Notes: generated by a model from the sequence alone, not told the origin. A stretch of 64,000 nt of DNA from Spirochaetia bacterium (GCA_963662795.1 OY759746.1:2592001-2656000); one strand, 5' to 3'. Numbered from the stretch's first letter, positions 30,016-40,966 are shown. Made by a program: numbers and translations.

Positions 30016-33000
30016 TGTAAAACCTCCATGGCTTTTGTCATTTTTTTCGAAAGCAGGTTTTCAATGGCCGGTATTACTATGAGCGAGAGAACGGTTGATG
30101 TTACAAGTCCCCCGATGCTTACAATACCCATCGGCTGCCTGATTTCCGCTCCTGATGAACCGAGTCCCATCGCCATGGGAAGCATCCCCAGTATTGTAGC
30201 GAGATTTGCCATAATAATCGGTTTCAGTTTTGTAGGGCACGCTTCCAGCAGCGCTTCGTGCATTGTCAGGCCTTTGCGTGTAAGCTGGTTGGCGTAATCG
30301 AGAATAAGAATAGCGTTATTTACTACAAGTCCTACCAGCATGATTATCGCCATCATTGAAATAAAGTTCATGTTTATCCCGGTAATGAGGAAAGCGTAGA
30401 CAACGCCGATCAGCGATAGCGGTACGGTAAACAGTATAAGAAGCGGCTGAAACAGTTTTTCAAGCATTGCCGCGAGCAGCATATAGGTGAGGACTATTGC
30501 AATTATAAATACAATTCCCATCTCCCTGTTTGTGCTCTCCATTTCCCCGGCATCGCCTGACAGTACCATCCTGTATCCGAACGGAAGGTCAAGCCCTGTA
30601 ACTTCCTTTTTTACGATATCTGTAAGCTGGCTCTGCGCAAACCCGGGGGCAATATCTGCCGTAAACTCTATAGCCTTGACTTTATCCTTGTGGAGGATTT
30701 TGTTGTACCCTGTCGTGAAATTTACATCAGCAAAATGCGATACAGGTTTAATCCCGCCGGGAGTCGCTATCATAATATTTTTTACATCCTCATAGGTTTC
30801 AACTGAATCATCCTTCAGCACTACGCGGATATCGTATTCCTTGCCTTCCTCTTTGTACTGGGTCATAACCATCCCTTCAATCGCGCTTCTTACCGTGAAT
30901 GCGATGTCATATATAGTCAGACCGGCATCAGCTATTTTTTTTCTGTCAGGTACAATAGTAATTTCAGGTTTCCCTGCCCTTGAAGAGGTGTCCAGGTTCA
31001 AAAATCCGGGTATGTTTTTCAGTCTGTTGAAAAGGGTTTCCTTGTATTTTTCAAGCTCGGCGTTATCCTGTCCCACAAGATAAAAATCTATAGGTTTTTC
31101 ATCGGAACCCCCGCCGCCTGAAACAGCTGCAACCTTGATATCCACACCTGGAATATCTGCCAGGCGGGAGGTGATTATTGAAGCGTAATCCTGATTGGAA
31201 AGCTCCCTCATCCCCTTCTCAACAAGCTTGATATTCAGGACAGCCATGTTTGTTCCGGTATTGAGGTCCGATATTTTTCCAAGTTTTGTAATTATGTGTT
31301 TGAGGTCTGGTAAATCTGTAAGTCTTTGTTCTATATTTTCCGCTACAGCTGATGTTTCAGAGAGGTCATAACCCTGCGGCATTTCAACTGAAATACTGAC
31401 TTCTCCTTCGTCCATCATTGGAAAAAATTCAAAATTGATATATTTGAACATGCCCATTGAGAACACAAACAATACGATTGTGCCGATTACAACAAAGAAG
31501 CTTCTGAGCTTTGTTTTCAGAATTGATTCAAGAAGATGTTTATACTTTTTCTCAACTTTGTCAAAAATAGCTTCAAGAAAAAGTCCGACCTTGTTTTTCT
31601 TTAATGCCCGTTCAGGAAGGATAAAAGACGCCATCATGGGGGTGAGTGTAAAGGCGATAAGGAGTGAAAAAATTGTCGCGAATACTACGGCGAGGGCGAA
31701 TTCCCTGAGGAACATTCCAACCATGCTCCCCATTGCCGCGAGAGGAAGGAATACCGCAATATTGGTAAGGGTAGATGCAATTACCGCGACTGTTACCTCG
31801 TCCGTCCCGATTAAGGCTGCATCCCTTCTCCTGTGCCCGAGCTCCTTGTGTCTGAAAATGTTTTCAAGAATTACGACAGAGTTCATAACAAGAACGCCGA
31901 CCGATGTTGAAAGCCCCATCAGTGTCATCATATTAAGTGAAAAACCCATAACCTGAAATGTAAGAAAGGTCGGGATAAGAGAGAACGGCATTGTGAGGGC
32001 TACGATAAGTGTAGATCTTAAGTCGTGAAGAAAAAACAGCAATATCAAAGATGTAAGGACAATACCCATGATAATGTTTGAGAGGGTATCGTTTACTGAT
32101 GACTCAATATAATCTGCAGTTTCATTTACGACCTCAAGCGTTACTCCCGGCGGAAGGTCCTTGTTTATTTCATCAATAATCTTAACGGCAGATTCAGCAA
32201 TGGTTACAGCGTTACCTTCCGGACTTTTTATTATACTTAAAAGAATCGCGTTTTCGTTACGCGTTTTGCTTTTATTGTCATAGTATATTGTTCTTTCCCG
32301 TATCTCTTCGACTGAGTCTGTTACTTCAGCAACTTCGCCCAGTTTTTTCTGTCCGGAAGCTGTCATGATATTGAGGTCCCTGATTTCATCGAGAGTAAGA
32401 AATTCCCCGTCAAGTTTTACGGAATATTCCTGCCCTTTGTTTTTAAATGTACCGGCCGGCATGTTCAGGTTTGAGGATGAGAGCATCTGGTTTACCGCGG
32501 CAAGTGAAATCCCATTCTGGTAGACTGTCCTGTTTTCAAACTCTACGCTGATTTCCCTGGACTGTCCTCCGGTGAGTGAAACGTTTCCCACATTTTCTAT
32601 CTGGGAGAGCAGTTCCTTTATCCTGTTGTCTGCTATGTCATACAGCTCCTGCATTGGTATGTTCCCCGAAAACATTACATCAACTACCGGGATCGCCTGT
32701 ATGTCAAACTTGTCGACAACAGGGTCGTATGCGTCATCAGGGAAATCATTTTTTATAGCGTCAATCTTGCTTTTTACTTCCTGATTGGCGACATCCTGAT
32801 CCTTTGAGAGCTCAAACCGCATTATAATGATGGATGCCCCTTCAAGTGAAAAAGAGTTTATATAGTTGATGCTGCTGATTGTGGCAACCTGGTCTTCGAT
32901 TTTCTTTGTTATCTGTGTTTCAATCTGATCAGGGCTTGCCCCCGGATATACCGTCTGTATAACAATAAAAGGAAACTCTACATTCGGAAAAAAATTGAGC

Positions 33001-33098
33001 GGAAGCGCAAGGAACGCTATTGCCCCGAAAAGGATCAGCGCTGCAAGAACCATGCTTACAAGAACCGGCCTTTTTACTGAAAGTGATGATAAAAACAT
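30012..33098 (-). CDS. RND efflux permease (AcrB/AcrD/AcrF family)
   Basis: SVKRPV, YPGASPDQIE, GVLVMNSVVILENI, GLVVNNAILILD, 1028 aa. Confidence 0.95.
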   Translation of the reverse strand: MFLSSLSVKRPVLVSMVLAALILFGAIAFLALPLNFFPNVEFPFIVIQTVYPGASPDQIETQITKKIEDQVATISSINYINSFSLEGASIIIMRFELSKDQDVANQEVKSKIDAIKNDFPDDAYDPVVDKFDIQAIPVVDVMFSGNIPMQELYDIADNRIKELLSQIENVGNVSLTGGQSREISVEFENRTVYQNGISLAAVNQMLSSSNLNMPAGTFKNKGQEYSVKLDGEFLTLDEIRDLNIMTASGQKKLGEVAEVTDSVEEIRERTIYYDNKSKTRNENAILLSIIKSPEGNAVTIAESAVKIIDEINKDLPPGVTLEVVNETADYIESSVNDTLSNIIMGIVLTSLILLFFLHDLRSTLIVALTMPFSLIPTFLTFQVMGFSLNMMTLMGLSTSVGVLVMNSVVILENIFRHKELGHRRRDAALIGTDEVTVAVIASTLTNIAVFLPLAAMGSMVGMFLREFALAVVFATIFSLLIAFTLTPMMASFILPERALKKNKVGLFLEAIFDKVEKKYKHLLESILKTKLRSFFVVIGTIVLFVFSMGMFKYINFEFFPMMDEGEVSISVEMPQGYDLSETSAVAENIEQRLTDLPDLKHIITKLGKISDLNTGTNMAVLNIKLVEKGMRELSNQDYASIITSRLADIPGVDIKVAAVSGGGGSDEKPIDFYLVGQDNAELEKYKETLFNRLKNIPGFLNLDTSSRAGKPEITIVPDRKKIADAGLTIYDIAFTVRSAIEGMVMTQYKEEGKEYDIRVVLKDDSVETYEDVKNIMIATPGGIKPVSHFADVNFTTGYNKILHKDKVKAIEFTADIAPGFAQSQLTDIVKKEVTGLDLPFGYRMVLSGDAGEMESTNREMGIVFIIAIVLTYMLLAAMLEKLFQPLLILFTVPLSLIGVVYAFLITGINMNFISMMAIIMLVGLVVNNAILILDYANQLTRKGLTMHEALLEACPTKLKPIIMANLATILGMLPMAMGLGSSGAEIRQPMGIVSIGGLVTSTVLSLIVIPAIENLLSKKMTKAMEVLQ

Positions 33099-33099
33099 T

Positions 33100-34152
33100 C
33101 TATTCTCCTGCTACAATCCTGATTTTGCCTGATTCCGTGAGAAATCTGCTCCCTTCCGTAATTATAAGGTCCCCGGTATTAAGCCCGCTCTTTATTTCGA
33201 CAGTCTGACCGCTTCTTTCCCCGGTCTTTACTTCTCTTTTTACAGCAGCATCGCCGGCGGCGATATAAAGATATTTTTCCACGCCGCTTTCAATGAGATA
33301 TTTACTGTTCACTGTAAAAGCAGCGCTGTTCTCGTAAATATAAATATTTATTTTTGCTGTTACCCCGCTTTTAAACTGCCTTCTGCTGTTGTCAAATTCA
33401 GCGATAGCTCCGAATGCCTGTTTTTCCGGGTTGAGTGAAAGGTCTGTCTGGACAATTTTCCCCTTTATTTCATAGCCTTCCCAGATTGCTGAAGCATTCA
33501 TACCCGACCTTACTTTTGCTATATCTTTTTCTGAAACCCAAAGCCTGGCCTTGAGTCTGTCATTATTGCCGATGGTAAAAAGTACTGTTCCTGATTCAAC
33601 ATTTTCACTTTCCCTGACATCAAGCCGTGTTATATATCCGCTGATCGGGGCTTTCACATTTACCATGTTATTTACAGCATCCCAGTTTGCCTTTGCGACA
33701 TCATAACCTGTTTTTGCGTTGTCATAATCCTGCCTCGAGATACCTTTGCTGTTGTATAGCTGTTCAATTCTTTTAAATGAGTCAAGCGCATTCTCATAGG
33801 CTGCTTTTGACTGAAAATAGTTGGCAGCCGGGTTGTCGTAAGGAAATTTTACAATAACTGTATCTTTTTCTACAAAATCCCCAACCCTGTAGAGGATTTT
33901 ATCAACATTGTCATCTATTGATGCTGAAGCTGTTGACTCAGTAATACCTGTTACAGACGCTGTATACTGCAGCGATACTGAAAAAGCTTCTTTCCTGGCC
34001 GGTATTACTGAAACCGGAACCCCTTCCTCTTCATGAATTTGTGCCATACTCCGTGTTTCCAGAGATTCTTCCGGCTTTTTTGCAGCGCAGCCTGTTAATG
34101 ATACTGCAATCAGGAAAACAATACCTGTTGTAATAATTTGTTTAAGTGACAT
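33100..34152 (-). CDS. RND periplasmic adaptor (membrane fusion lipoprotein)
   Basis: Lipobox LTG|C, VKAPISGYI, VEIKSGLNTGDLII. Confidence 0.92.
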   Translation of the reverse strand: MSLKQIITTGIVFLIAVSLTGCAAKKPEESLETRSMAQIHEEEGVPVSVIPARKEAFSVSLQYTASVTGITESTASASIDDNVDKILYRVGDFVEKDTVIVKFPYDNPAANYFQSKAAYENALDSFKRIEQLYNSKGISRQDYDNAKTGYDVAKANWDAVNNMVNVKAPISGYITRLDVRESENVESGTVLFTIGNNDRLKARLWVSEKDIAKVRSGMNASAIWEGYEIKGKIVQTDLSLNPEKQAFGAIAEFDNSRRQFKSGVTAKINIYIYENSAAFTVNSKYLIESGVEKYLYIAAGDAAVKREVKTGERSGQTVEIKSGLNTGDLIITEGSRFLTESGKIRIVAGE

Positions 34153-34178
34153 TCTATTTAACTCTCCTTTATTATGAT

Positions 34179-34817
34179 TTATGCTGATTTATTCGGTAAA
34201 TAATTGAACAGACCGTCAAGAAAAATATTTACAAGCTGGGAAATTTTCTTTTCATCAAGCTTCTTAAGACTAGTTTCCTCCTTGAAAATTATCATGTCAA
34301 GCAAACCCTGTACATAAGCTACAACTGACAAAAATTCAATATGTGCGTTTTCATCATTTTTAAGATCAATGCTTACACCGACCGCTTTCTGGTACAGTTC
34401 TGAAAAAAAATGCCCTTTTTCCTGATGATAATTTAAATGCCATTCTCTGAACTCTGGCATTTCAAGAACAGCCTGATTCAGATAAAGAACCCTGCTCATC
34501 TGTCTCAGGTTTTTATCATTATAGTATTTCATGATAATATTCTTGAGTATGGAAAATGTTCTTTCCTTTAGTGTTATTCCCTGAGCAATGGAGTCATTTA
34601 TGATGATTTCAATTTCTTTTACGACAAGGTTGTGTATTTCTATAAATAGTTCAGCCTTGTTTTTAAAATGCCAGTAAATTGCCCCTCTTGTAACGCCTGC
34701 TTCCCTGGCAATGTCGCACATATTTACAATTGCAAACCATTTGCGGCTGAATACGGAAATACCTGCATTTATTATATCCTGGCGTGTTTTCTCAGCATCT
34801 TCCTTTGTTTTTCTCAA
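34179..34817 (-). CDS. TetR/AcrR-family regulator
   Basis: MRKTKEDAEKTRQDI and IAREAGVTRGAIYWHFKNK. Start reassigned to TTG 34817 behind a GGGAG SD. Confidence 0.9.
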   Translation of the reverse strand: MRKTKEDAEKTRQDIINAGISVFSRKWFAIVNMCDIAREAGVTRGAIYWHFKNKAELFIEIHNLVVKEIEIIINDSIAQGITLKERTFSILKNIIMKYYNDKNLRQMSRVLYLNQAVLEMPEFREWHLNYHQEKGHFFSELYQKAVGVSIDLKNDENAHIEFLSVVAYVQGLLDMIIFKEETSLKKLDEKKISQLVNIFLDGLFNYLPNKSA

Positions 34818-34833
34818 CACAAGCTCCCTGTTT

Positions 34834-34882
34834 ATTATACATACATGAATGTATAATAATGATTTCTGAATGCAAGTGTCAA
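34834..34882 (-). promoter_or_regulatory. Sigma70 promoter with overlapping palindromic TetR operator
   Basis: TTGACA at 34882-34877 with a TATTAT-like -10. Palindrome ATTATACAT-N6-ATGTATAAT at 34834-34857 resembles AcrR-type operators. Confidence 0.7.
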
Positions 34883-34923
34883 TATATTTGCTGAAAAATA
34901 TGGAAATATTTTTATGGGGAGTC

Positions 34924-36288
34924 TTAAACCACGAGAATAATCTGCACATCGCAGACATTTGTATTTGTAGGACCTGTTACCAAAAGCCCGCCGGCTGATT
35001 TGAAATAGTTATAGGAATCGCTTCGGGCAATGTACGGAGCGGGGGAGAGCCCTTTCTCTTTGGCTGATTCAAGTATATCCAGAGAGGCGAACGCACCGGC
35101 GGCATCTGTAGGTCCGTCGTTTCCGTCTGTCCCGACTGAAAGAAAATAAATTCCCCTATAGGCATCAGGGTTGCCGGTCATTTCATTAAGGAACGAGAGG
35201 GCCATCTCCTGATTCCGGCCGCCTTTTCCGTTCCCTTTCAATGTTACAGTTGTCTCCCCACCGGCTATTATGCATCCCGGTTTTATTACCGGGTGGCCGT
35301 ATAGTGATGTGTCCCTGGCAAGGGCGGAAAAGAATTTCGCGATTTCCCTGGCTTCGCCTGTTATGCCTGATGACAGGATCAGGGGATTGTAGCCGAGTGA
35401 CCTTGCCTTTTCCTCTGCCGCAAGAAGGGCAGTGTGGTTTGTTCCGATCAGGATGTTCTCGATTTTTGTAAATGCGCTGTCTCCCTTTTTCGGGGTTTCC
35501 GCTGTTTCGCCTTTTTTGCCTGAAACAATAAGGTTTTTAACATTGAGTGGAATCTTATCGAGCAGGCCGTATTTTTCAAAATATGAATAGGCATCCGCAT
35601 AGGTTGTCTCATCCTCAACTGTAAGGCCCGAGGCTATTGTATCAAGCCTGTCTCCAACTACATCGGAAAGTATAAGATTTATACAGGAGGCAGGATATAT
35701 CAGACGGGCCAGGCGTCCCCCTTTGATCCCTGATATATGCTTTCTGATGCAGTTGATCTCTTTGATCGAAGCGCCGCACTCAAGCAGCAGCCTTGTTGTA
35801 GCCTGTTTTTCTTCAAGTGCAAGCATAAAATTATTGTCGGAATAGGGCAGGCAGAGGATCGCGGAACCTCCTCCCGAGATAAGGTTGATCATCAGCGTAT
35901 CGCTGTCTGCTTTTTCGGCAAGCGCGGCTATCTCCCTTGCTCCCCGTACACTGTTTGCGTCTGGTACAGGATGGCCGGTTTCAATTAGTTCAATTCCAGA
36001 GAGCTGTTCCGTATGGCCGTATTTTACAGCAATAATTCCTTTTTCAATCCTGCTTCCGAGAACTGATTCAAGCCCTTTAGCCATGCTTGCTGTTGCTTTG
36101 CCGGCTCCTGTTACCCAGATTCTTTTAAATTTCAAGAGGTCAAAATCTTTTTCAGTCTGCGGTGTTTTGATTTTGAGAATATCTCCGGTTATGCTCAAGC
36201 TTGCCTTAAGAATTTTCTCAGGGTTTACCCTGTCTACTGCTGAATTGAATATTTGCTCAAGATCGTTCTCATATCTGCCCTGCTTCAT
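34924..36288 (-). CDS. MOFRL-family glycerate 2-kinase (GckA/TtuD-like)
   Basis: GAGKAT, GHPVPD, LISGGGSA, SDVVGD..IASG, GGETTV..GKGGRNQE, TGPTNTNVCD. Confidence 0.93.
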   Translation of the reverse strand: MKQGRYENDLEQIFNSAVDRVNPEKILKASLSITGDILKIKTPQTEKDFDLLKFKRIWVTGAGKATASMAKGLESVLGSRIEKGIIAVKYGHTEQLSGIELIETGHPVPDANSVRGAREIAALAEKADSDTLMINLISGGGSAILCLPYSDNNFMLALEEKQATTRLLLECGASIKEINCIRKHISGIKGGRLARLIYPASCINLILSDVVGDRLDTIASGLTVEDETTYADAYSYFEKYGLLDKIPLNVKNLIVSGKKGETAETPKKGDSAFTKIENILIGTNHTALLAAEEKARSLGYNPLILSSGITGEAREIAKFFSALARDTSLYGHPVIKPGCIIAGGETTVTLKGNGKGGRNQEMALSFLNEMTGNPDAYRGIYFLSVGTDGNDGPTDAAGAFASLDILESAKEKGLSPAPYIARSDSYNYFKSAGGLLVTGPTNTNVCDVQIILVV

Positions 36289-36422
36289 GACCGCCTCTCC
36301 TCTTTTATTGGCTGTATACCATTTATAACTGATTTAGTTAATTATGTCTCAACCCTTATTGTATGAAAGTTCATACCGCAGAAGACTGTCCCCGTGACAG
36401 GGCCCCTCGGCTGCAGACTTAC

Positions 36423-37097
36423 CTACCTGAAATTTTCCTCAACTCTCTTTGCAAGATATTTAACGGCAAAAAGAGGGCTTGTAAAAACCGGAGTTTTTTT
36501 CTCATTATCTGAAAGCAGTTCCGCAACCCTTGCCGTTGATGCCTGTGCCAGAACTACGGCATCGACCTTTCCCATGAGATTTTTAAGATATTTAATTACT
36601 ATCTCATCATGGAGAGCCGTATTGCCGCTTAACATGGCATCATAGGCGTCACTGCAGAGTACGGTTTTCATATCAATTTTTTTGTTCAGCTTTTGAGCTG
36701 TTTTCAGGAGAAGCTGCCCGGAAGGATTGAGTGTGCCTGCATTTGTCGCAAGTACTCCAATTTTTGAATAACCGGAAGTAACAGCCTCAGCCATCGGCCC
36801 GTCTATTGATAAGAGAGGCACATCAACGAGTGTCTGCGCGTATTCTATCAAAGGAGTAACTGATGAGCATGTAACCTGGATAATATCCGCCCCCGCTTGT
36901 TCAGCGGATATAACATTTTCCGAAAACCTGCGCCTAACTGTTTTTGTAAGGCCCCCGGCAGCGATTATCTGAGTTATAATGCTTTCATCGCTTATATGCT
37001 TTTTTACAGTTTTTATTTTTATCAGCTCATCGCACAGTGTGTTAAAGCTTTTTTCAAGTCCGGTTATTGTATTCAGAAAAAAAATAGTGGTGCTCAT
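36423..37097 (-). CDS. Asp/Glu/hydantoin racemase superfamily protein
   Basis: GADIIQVTCSSV, IDGPMAE, IGVLAT, DAVVLAQAS. The second catalytic Cys is absent. Confidence 0.8.
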   Translation of the reverse strand: MSTTIFFLNTITGLEKSFNTLCDELIKIKTVKKHISDESIITQIIAAGGLTKTVRRRFSENVISAEQAGADIIQVTCSSVTPLIEYAQTLVDVPLLSIDGPMAEAVTSGYSKIGVLATNAGTLNPSGQLLLKTAQKLNKKIDMKTVLCSDAYDAMLSGNTALHDEIVIKYLKNLMGKVDAVVLAQASTARVAELLSDNEKKTPVFTSPLFAVKYLAKRVEENFR

Positions 37098-37118
37098 TTT
37101 ATCTCTTCCTGAGAGGCT

Positions 37119-38348
37119 TTACAGTTTATCAGTTTCTTCCCATTTTACGAAAGTGCCGACTGCCTCATAGTTTTTGTTGTTTTTTATCTCTTCATAAACA
37201 GGTTTGGATACATAAAAATACGACATCTCCTGTGTATTTCGTATCCTTACCATTCTTACATCCTCAATTTTTTTCCCGTATACCTGAAGGGCCGTGGAAA
37301 GTGCTTCCTCATAGTTTTTCTTTACTATCGGAATCCGTCCCCTTTCAAGAAAGGCGGATGTTATTACATTCTCATTTGTCGCCTGAAAATTGATCTTGTT
37401 ATAAAGCTTTTCCGTGATAAGATCCGCCTGACCGACTCCAATGGCATTCCCATGGGATTCCTCGGTAAGGTCGTCTACAACGATAATTCTGATCTCCGCG
37501 TCGGTTTTAGGGGGAAGTCCCCTTATCCCGAGGTCTCCGGTAACATTAGGGTCAATTCCTGTGCCGCTTATATTTTTCCCCATTTCATCAATACAGAGGA
37601 TATCAAGTTTGCTGACAGGAAGCTGGGCTATATTTTCAATTGCAGTTTTAAGCAGTTTCTTTTCCTCAGGATAGAATTCATCCGGAGTCAGGGCTTTGAA
37701 TATCTTTGTTTTGTGATAGGGATTTTCAACTATCGCAAAACCTGCTTTTACGTTTGCCTCCCGGGCGACTCTTTGGGCTGTGGGGACAAGCAGTTTATCA
37801 AGACCGTAACCGCCGAAGCTGTGGATTTCAAGTGCGAGTTTATGCTTGCCAAGCCCGATACAGCACATTTTATGAAGGCCGCTTTCAATCTCTCCTGCAA
37901 AGTCTGTATGGGCTTTAATCCTGTTCATTATTATTATGCTGTCGCATTCATAGGCGTTTCTGTCGACATAGACTTTATTCTCAAGGCCGCTTGAATCAAG
38001 CTCAACAACCTCCATGGAAGAAAGTATTTTCGTTCCCATAGCCTCTTCCGTTATGCCATAGCTCGCGAGTACTTCAAGCTGCCCTTCTGCTGTTGCGCCG
38101 CCGTGGCTTCCCATTGCGGGCACTATTATCATCTCGAAACCGTTATTCTGAAAATATTTTATAATTGTCTTCATGATCAGAGCGTAATTGCTTATTCCGC
38201 GGCTGCCGGCTCCGATTGCTATCCTCCTGTCTCCTTTGAACAGATGAATAATTTTACCGCATTCGTTTTTTACATGGGTCTCTAAATCAGCTATATGATC
38301 ATCATCAAGCTTTTGTTTTATCTTAATAAGTTCAGGAAACATTTCCAT
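37119..38348 (-). CDS. LarA-superfamily (lactate racemase N-domain) protein
   Basis: GSRGI, PAMGSHGGATAEGQ, NRIKAHTDF, ESGLHKM..IGLGK, GKNISGTGID, SHGNAIGVG. Confidence 0.8.
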   Translation of the reverse strand: MEMFPELIKIKQKLDDDHIADLETHVKNECGKIIHLFKGDRRIAIGAGSRGISNYALIMKTIIKYFQNNGFEMIIVPAMGSHGGATAEGQLEVLASYGITEEAMGTKILSSMEVVELDSSGLENKVYVDRNAYECDSIIIMNRIKAHTDFAGEIESGLHKMCCIGLGKHKLALEIHSFGGYGLDKLLVPTAQRVAREANVKAGFAIVENPYHKTKIFKALTPDEFYPEEKKLLKTAIENIAQLPVSKLDILCIDEMGKNISGTGIDPNVTGDLGIRGLPPKTDAEIRIIVVDDLTEESHGNAIGVGQADLITEKLYNKINFQATNENVITSAFLERGRIPIVKKNYEEALSTALQVYGKKIEDVRMVRIRNTQEMSYFYVSKPVYEEIKNNKNYEAVGTFVKWEETDKL

Positions 38349-38390
38349 TTGTATCTCCAGTGTTCCGGCCGGCGGAATTCTTCAGTCCTT

Positions 38391-39662
38391 TCAGCCTGCG
38401 ATGTAGGGTATTGTCTGAGGCCCTTCCGGAATTACGCATATACTTGCGGGTCTTCCTAAGGATTTTACAATTTCCGCAATCCTCTTTTCAATATTCCTGC
38501 ACGGAATCATGAAGGCCTGTTTTATCTGCTCATCCGTAAGATTATCGCTGTAGAAATGAACATCAGCCTTTTTGCATATAAGGGCATGTATCTGTGCCTG
38601 CCACATATCGTGCATGACAAAACCGGGTGTCCTGATTTTGTCAAGAAGCTCATCTGGTGTTGATGCTGATGCGAGAAGCTGCCCGTACTTTCCATGCTCA
38701 GGTATCCCGTCCCAGCAGTCCGCTGTAATGATTATGTGCCCGCCCTGTTTTACAATCTGGGAGGCGGCGCTCATTCCCTTGACAGCCTGATACATATTAA
38801 GGTCGAGCGGATAACCTGAATTGCTTGTCAGTATTATATCATAGGGTTCCCTGACGCCAGCCATCGCGTGTATTTTTACATATTCGCAGCCTGTTTTATG
38901 CGCCTTGATGTAATCTCCCGCAAAGACGGCTGTAATCTCTTTTTTCCTGTTTAAGGCTACGTTCAGAAGAAGGGTAGGATTTGCAAATCCGGCTGCCTCT
39001 CTGACCTCTTCCCATAGAGGATTCCCTTCTGTTATTCCCCAGATCGCCTGTTTGTGGTCCATGTGCGCTGCGCTGTGGTTAAACTGCACTGTCTCAAGTG
39101 TCGCAAGGCCCGGCATAATCGCTTTACCACCGCCTGAAAAACCTGCAAAAAAATGGGGTTCAATAAAACCCGTAAGAATTTTTACATCACAGTCCAGGAA
39201 GTCGGAGAGAATATTTATTTTATTCCCTCCTTTGCTTGTTCCGACATATCTGTGGGCTGCTGAATCCTTGCAGTCATTCTGTATTATTCTGTATTTACCG
39301 ACAATTCCGGGTCCGAGAATCTGTTTCAGCTCTTCTTCCGAATTTGTCCTGTGTGTGCCTGTCGCATTGTAAAGTGTAATGTTTGCAGCAGGAACGTGGG
39401 GAATTTCCGCGAAAATTGCAGGAAGCAGAATATTATAAGGGGTAGCTCTCGAAATATCGCTGAATATAATGCCGACCCGGTCTGAGGATTTAGCGATCTT
39501 TGATAAAGGCCCTGTCCCTTCCGGTGACTGAAGCGCGGCCCTTACAGCGCCCACCTGGTCGGCAAGCCCTTTCTCAAATTTGGGTTCTATTACATCTATT
39601 TTACAATCATCAGGAAGATTTACCTCCAGATTGCCTTTTCCATAGGCCAGTTGTACTTTCAT
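38391..39662 (-). CDS. larA: Nickel-pincer-dependent lactate racemase homologue
   Basis: DISRATP, ATGTHR, IEPHFFAGFSGGGKAIMPG, GYPLDLNMYQAVKG, WQAQI. Substrate not necessarily lactate. Confidence 0.85.
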   Translation of the reverse strand: MKVQLAYGKGNLEVNLPDDCKIDVIEPKFEKGLADQVGAVRAALQSPEGTGPLSKIAKSSDRVGIIFSDISRATPYNILLPAIFAEIPHVPAANITLYNATGTHRTNSEEELKQILGPGIVGKYRIIQNDCKDSAAHRYVGTSKGGNKINILSDFLDCDVKILTGFIEPHFFAGFSGGGKAIMPGLATLETVQFNHSAAHMDHKQAIWGITEGNPLWEEVREAAGFANPTLLLNVALNRKKEITAVFAGDYIKAHKTGCEYVKIHAMAGVREPYDIILTSNSGYPLDLNMYQAVKGMSAASQIVKQGGHIIITADCWDGIPEHGKYGQLLASASTPDELLDKIRTPGFVMHDMWQAQIHALICKKADVHFYSDNLTDEQIKQAFMIPCRNIEKRIAEIVKSLGRPASICVIPEGPQTIPYIAG

Positions 39663-39677
39663 ATCAGCTCCCTGTTT

Positions 39678-40955
39678 CTATTTTGAAACATTAATGATGC
39701 GGCTTAAATCCCCGTCTTTTGCTGCTTCAAGTATCGGTCTCATATATTTGTCTATCATGTCAGCTGTGAGCGGCACCGGCATATTCTGCAGTTTCATCGC
39801 AAGCTGCGGATTTTTCGCAGCCTCAAGCGCCCTTTCTATATACTTGTCGCTGAAGCCTTTAACATCTCCAAGCTTCACTGGAAAACCTATTCTCCTTGAA
39901 AGCTCAAACATCGCCTCTGCAACTGCCATTCCAAGTTCTCTCCCCTTTAATTTACCAAGATCTGCACCGGTAAGGCCAGCTTTTTTATATATTTCACCAA
40001 CCATCCGCAGTGATTCCTCAATCGCCGGAGCAAAAAATACAGTGTAGTAGGGATTTGTTATCGCGCAGGCCCTGCCGTGGCTTAAAAGATCGACAAGCGA
40101 GAAACTTGTAAGATGCCCGCCGTTTGTCCCCCCCAGCATTATCGCGTATCCTCCCATATCGGTTGCAAGGCACAGATAGTCTTTTGCCTCTTTGGAAGAA
40201 GGGTCTTCAAGCGCTTTCTGTAAATTCCCGACTACAAGTCCGATACCGCTCTCAGCTACTTCGCTTATTTTGCCGTATGCATCCTTGTTTCCGGCAGCGC
40301 TGTAAAGCACTTCAAGGCAGTGCGCTATTCCGTCAAGCGCGCCGTCCATTGTAAGTGAGGCAGGGGAGCCGTATGTTACTTCATAATCAAATACAGGTAT
40401 TAAAGGGACAATAGCATCATCTACAATCAGTTTTTTCTGTCCTGTGTGGACATCGGTGATGTTCGAGTATTTGGTAAGGTGCGCGCCGGAACTTGCCGCT
40501 GTCTGAATTGCTATATGGGGGGTGAGTTTTTTTCCTGTTTTGCCTAATGCTTCTTTTACCTTTCCCATTCCAAAGTAGTCTTCAATTCCGCCTCCTATGG
40601 TTCTCAGGACTTCAGCAGCCTTTACAGCATCAATTGTGCTTCCCCCTCCAAAACTGATCAGTACATCAGGGTTATATTTTTTAACAGCATCAGTGATTCT
40701 GTAGAGGTCCTCTCTCGGGCAGTTCGGTTTTGCCCCGTCCGCTTCTCCCGCGATTTCAACACCTGCTTTTTTCAGGGAGACCCTGATACTGTCAAGAAAT
40801 TTCTCCGAACCGGGGAAAATATCCCTTACAAAGACGCATTTCTTACCATATTTCGCGGCAGTTGTGCCGATTTTATCAAGGACTCCTCTTCCGTATAAAT
40901 AATTGTCTCCCTTAAATTCATAAAGTAGTTTTTCCGCTTTTTTACTGTAATCCAT
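39678..40955 (-). CDS. Iron-containing alcohol dehydrogenase family protein
   Basis: FGGGSTIDAVK, DGIAHCLE, GGHLTSF, HGRACA. Confidence 0.88.
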   Translation of the reverse strand: MDYSKKAEKLLYEFKGDNYLYGRGVLDKIGTTAAKYGKKCVFVRDIFPGSEKFLDSIRVSLKKAGVEIAGEADGAKPNCPREDLYRITDAVKKYNPDVLISFGGGSTIDAVKAAEVLRTIGGGIEDYFGMGKVKEALGKTGKKLTPHIAIQTAASSGAHLTKYSNITDVHTGQKKLIVDDAIVPLIPVFDYEVTYGSPASLTMDGALDGIAHCLEVLYSAAGNKDAYGKISEVAESGIGLVVGNLQKALEDPSSKEAKDYLCLATDMGGYAIMLGGTNGGHLTSFSLVDLLSHGRACAITNPYYTVFFAPAIEESLRMVGEIYKKAGLTGADLGKLKGRELGMAVAEAMFELSRRIGFPVKLGDVKGFSDKYIERALEAAKNPQLAMKLQNMPVPLTADMIDKYMRPILEAAKDGDLSRIINVSK

Positions 40956-40966
40956 TTTCCTTCCTT

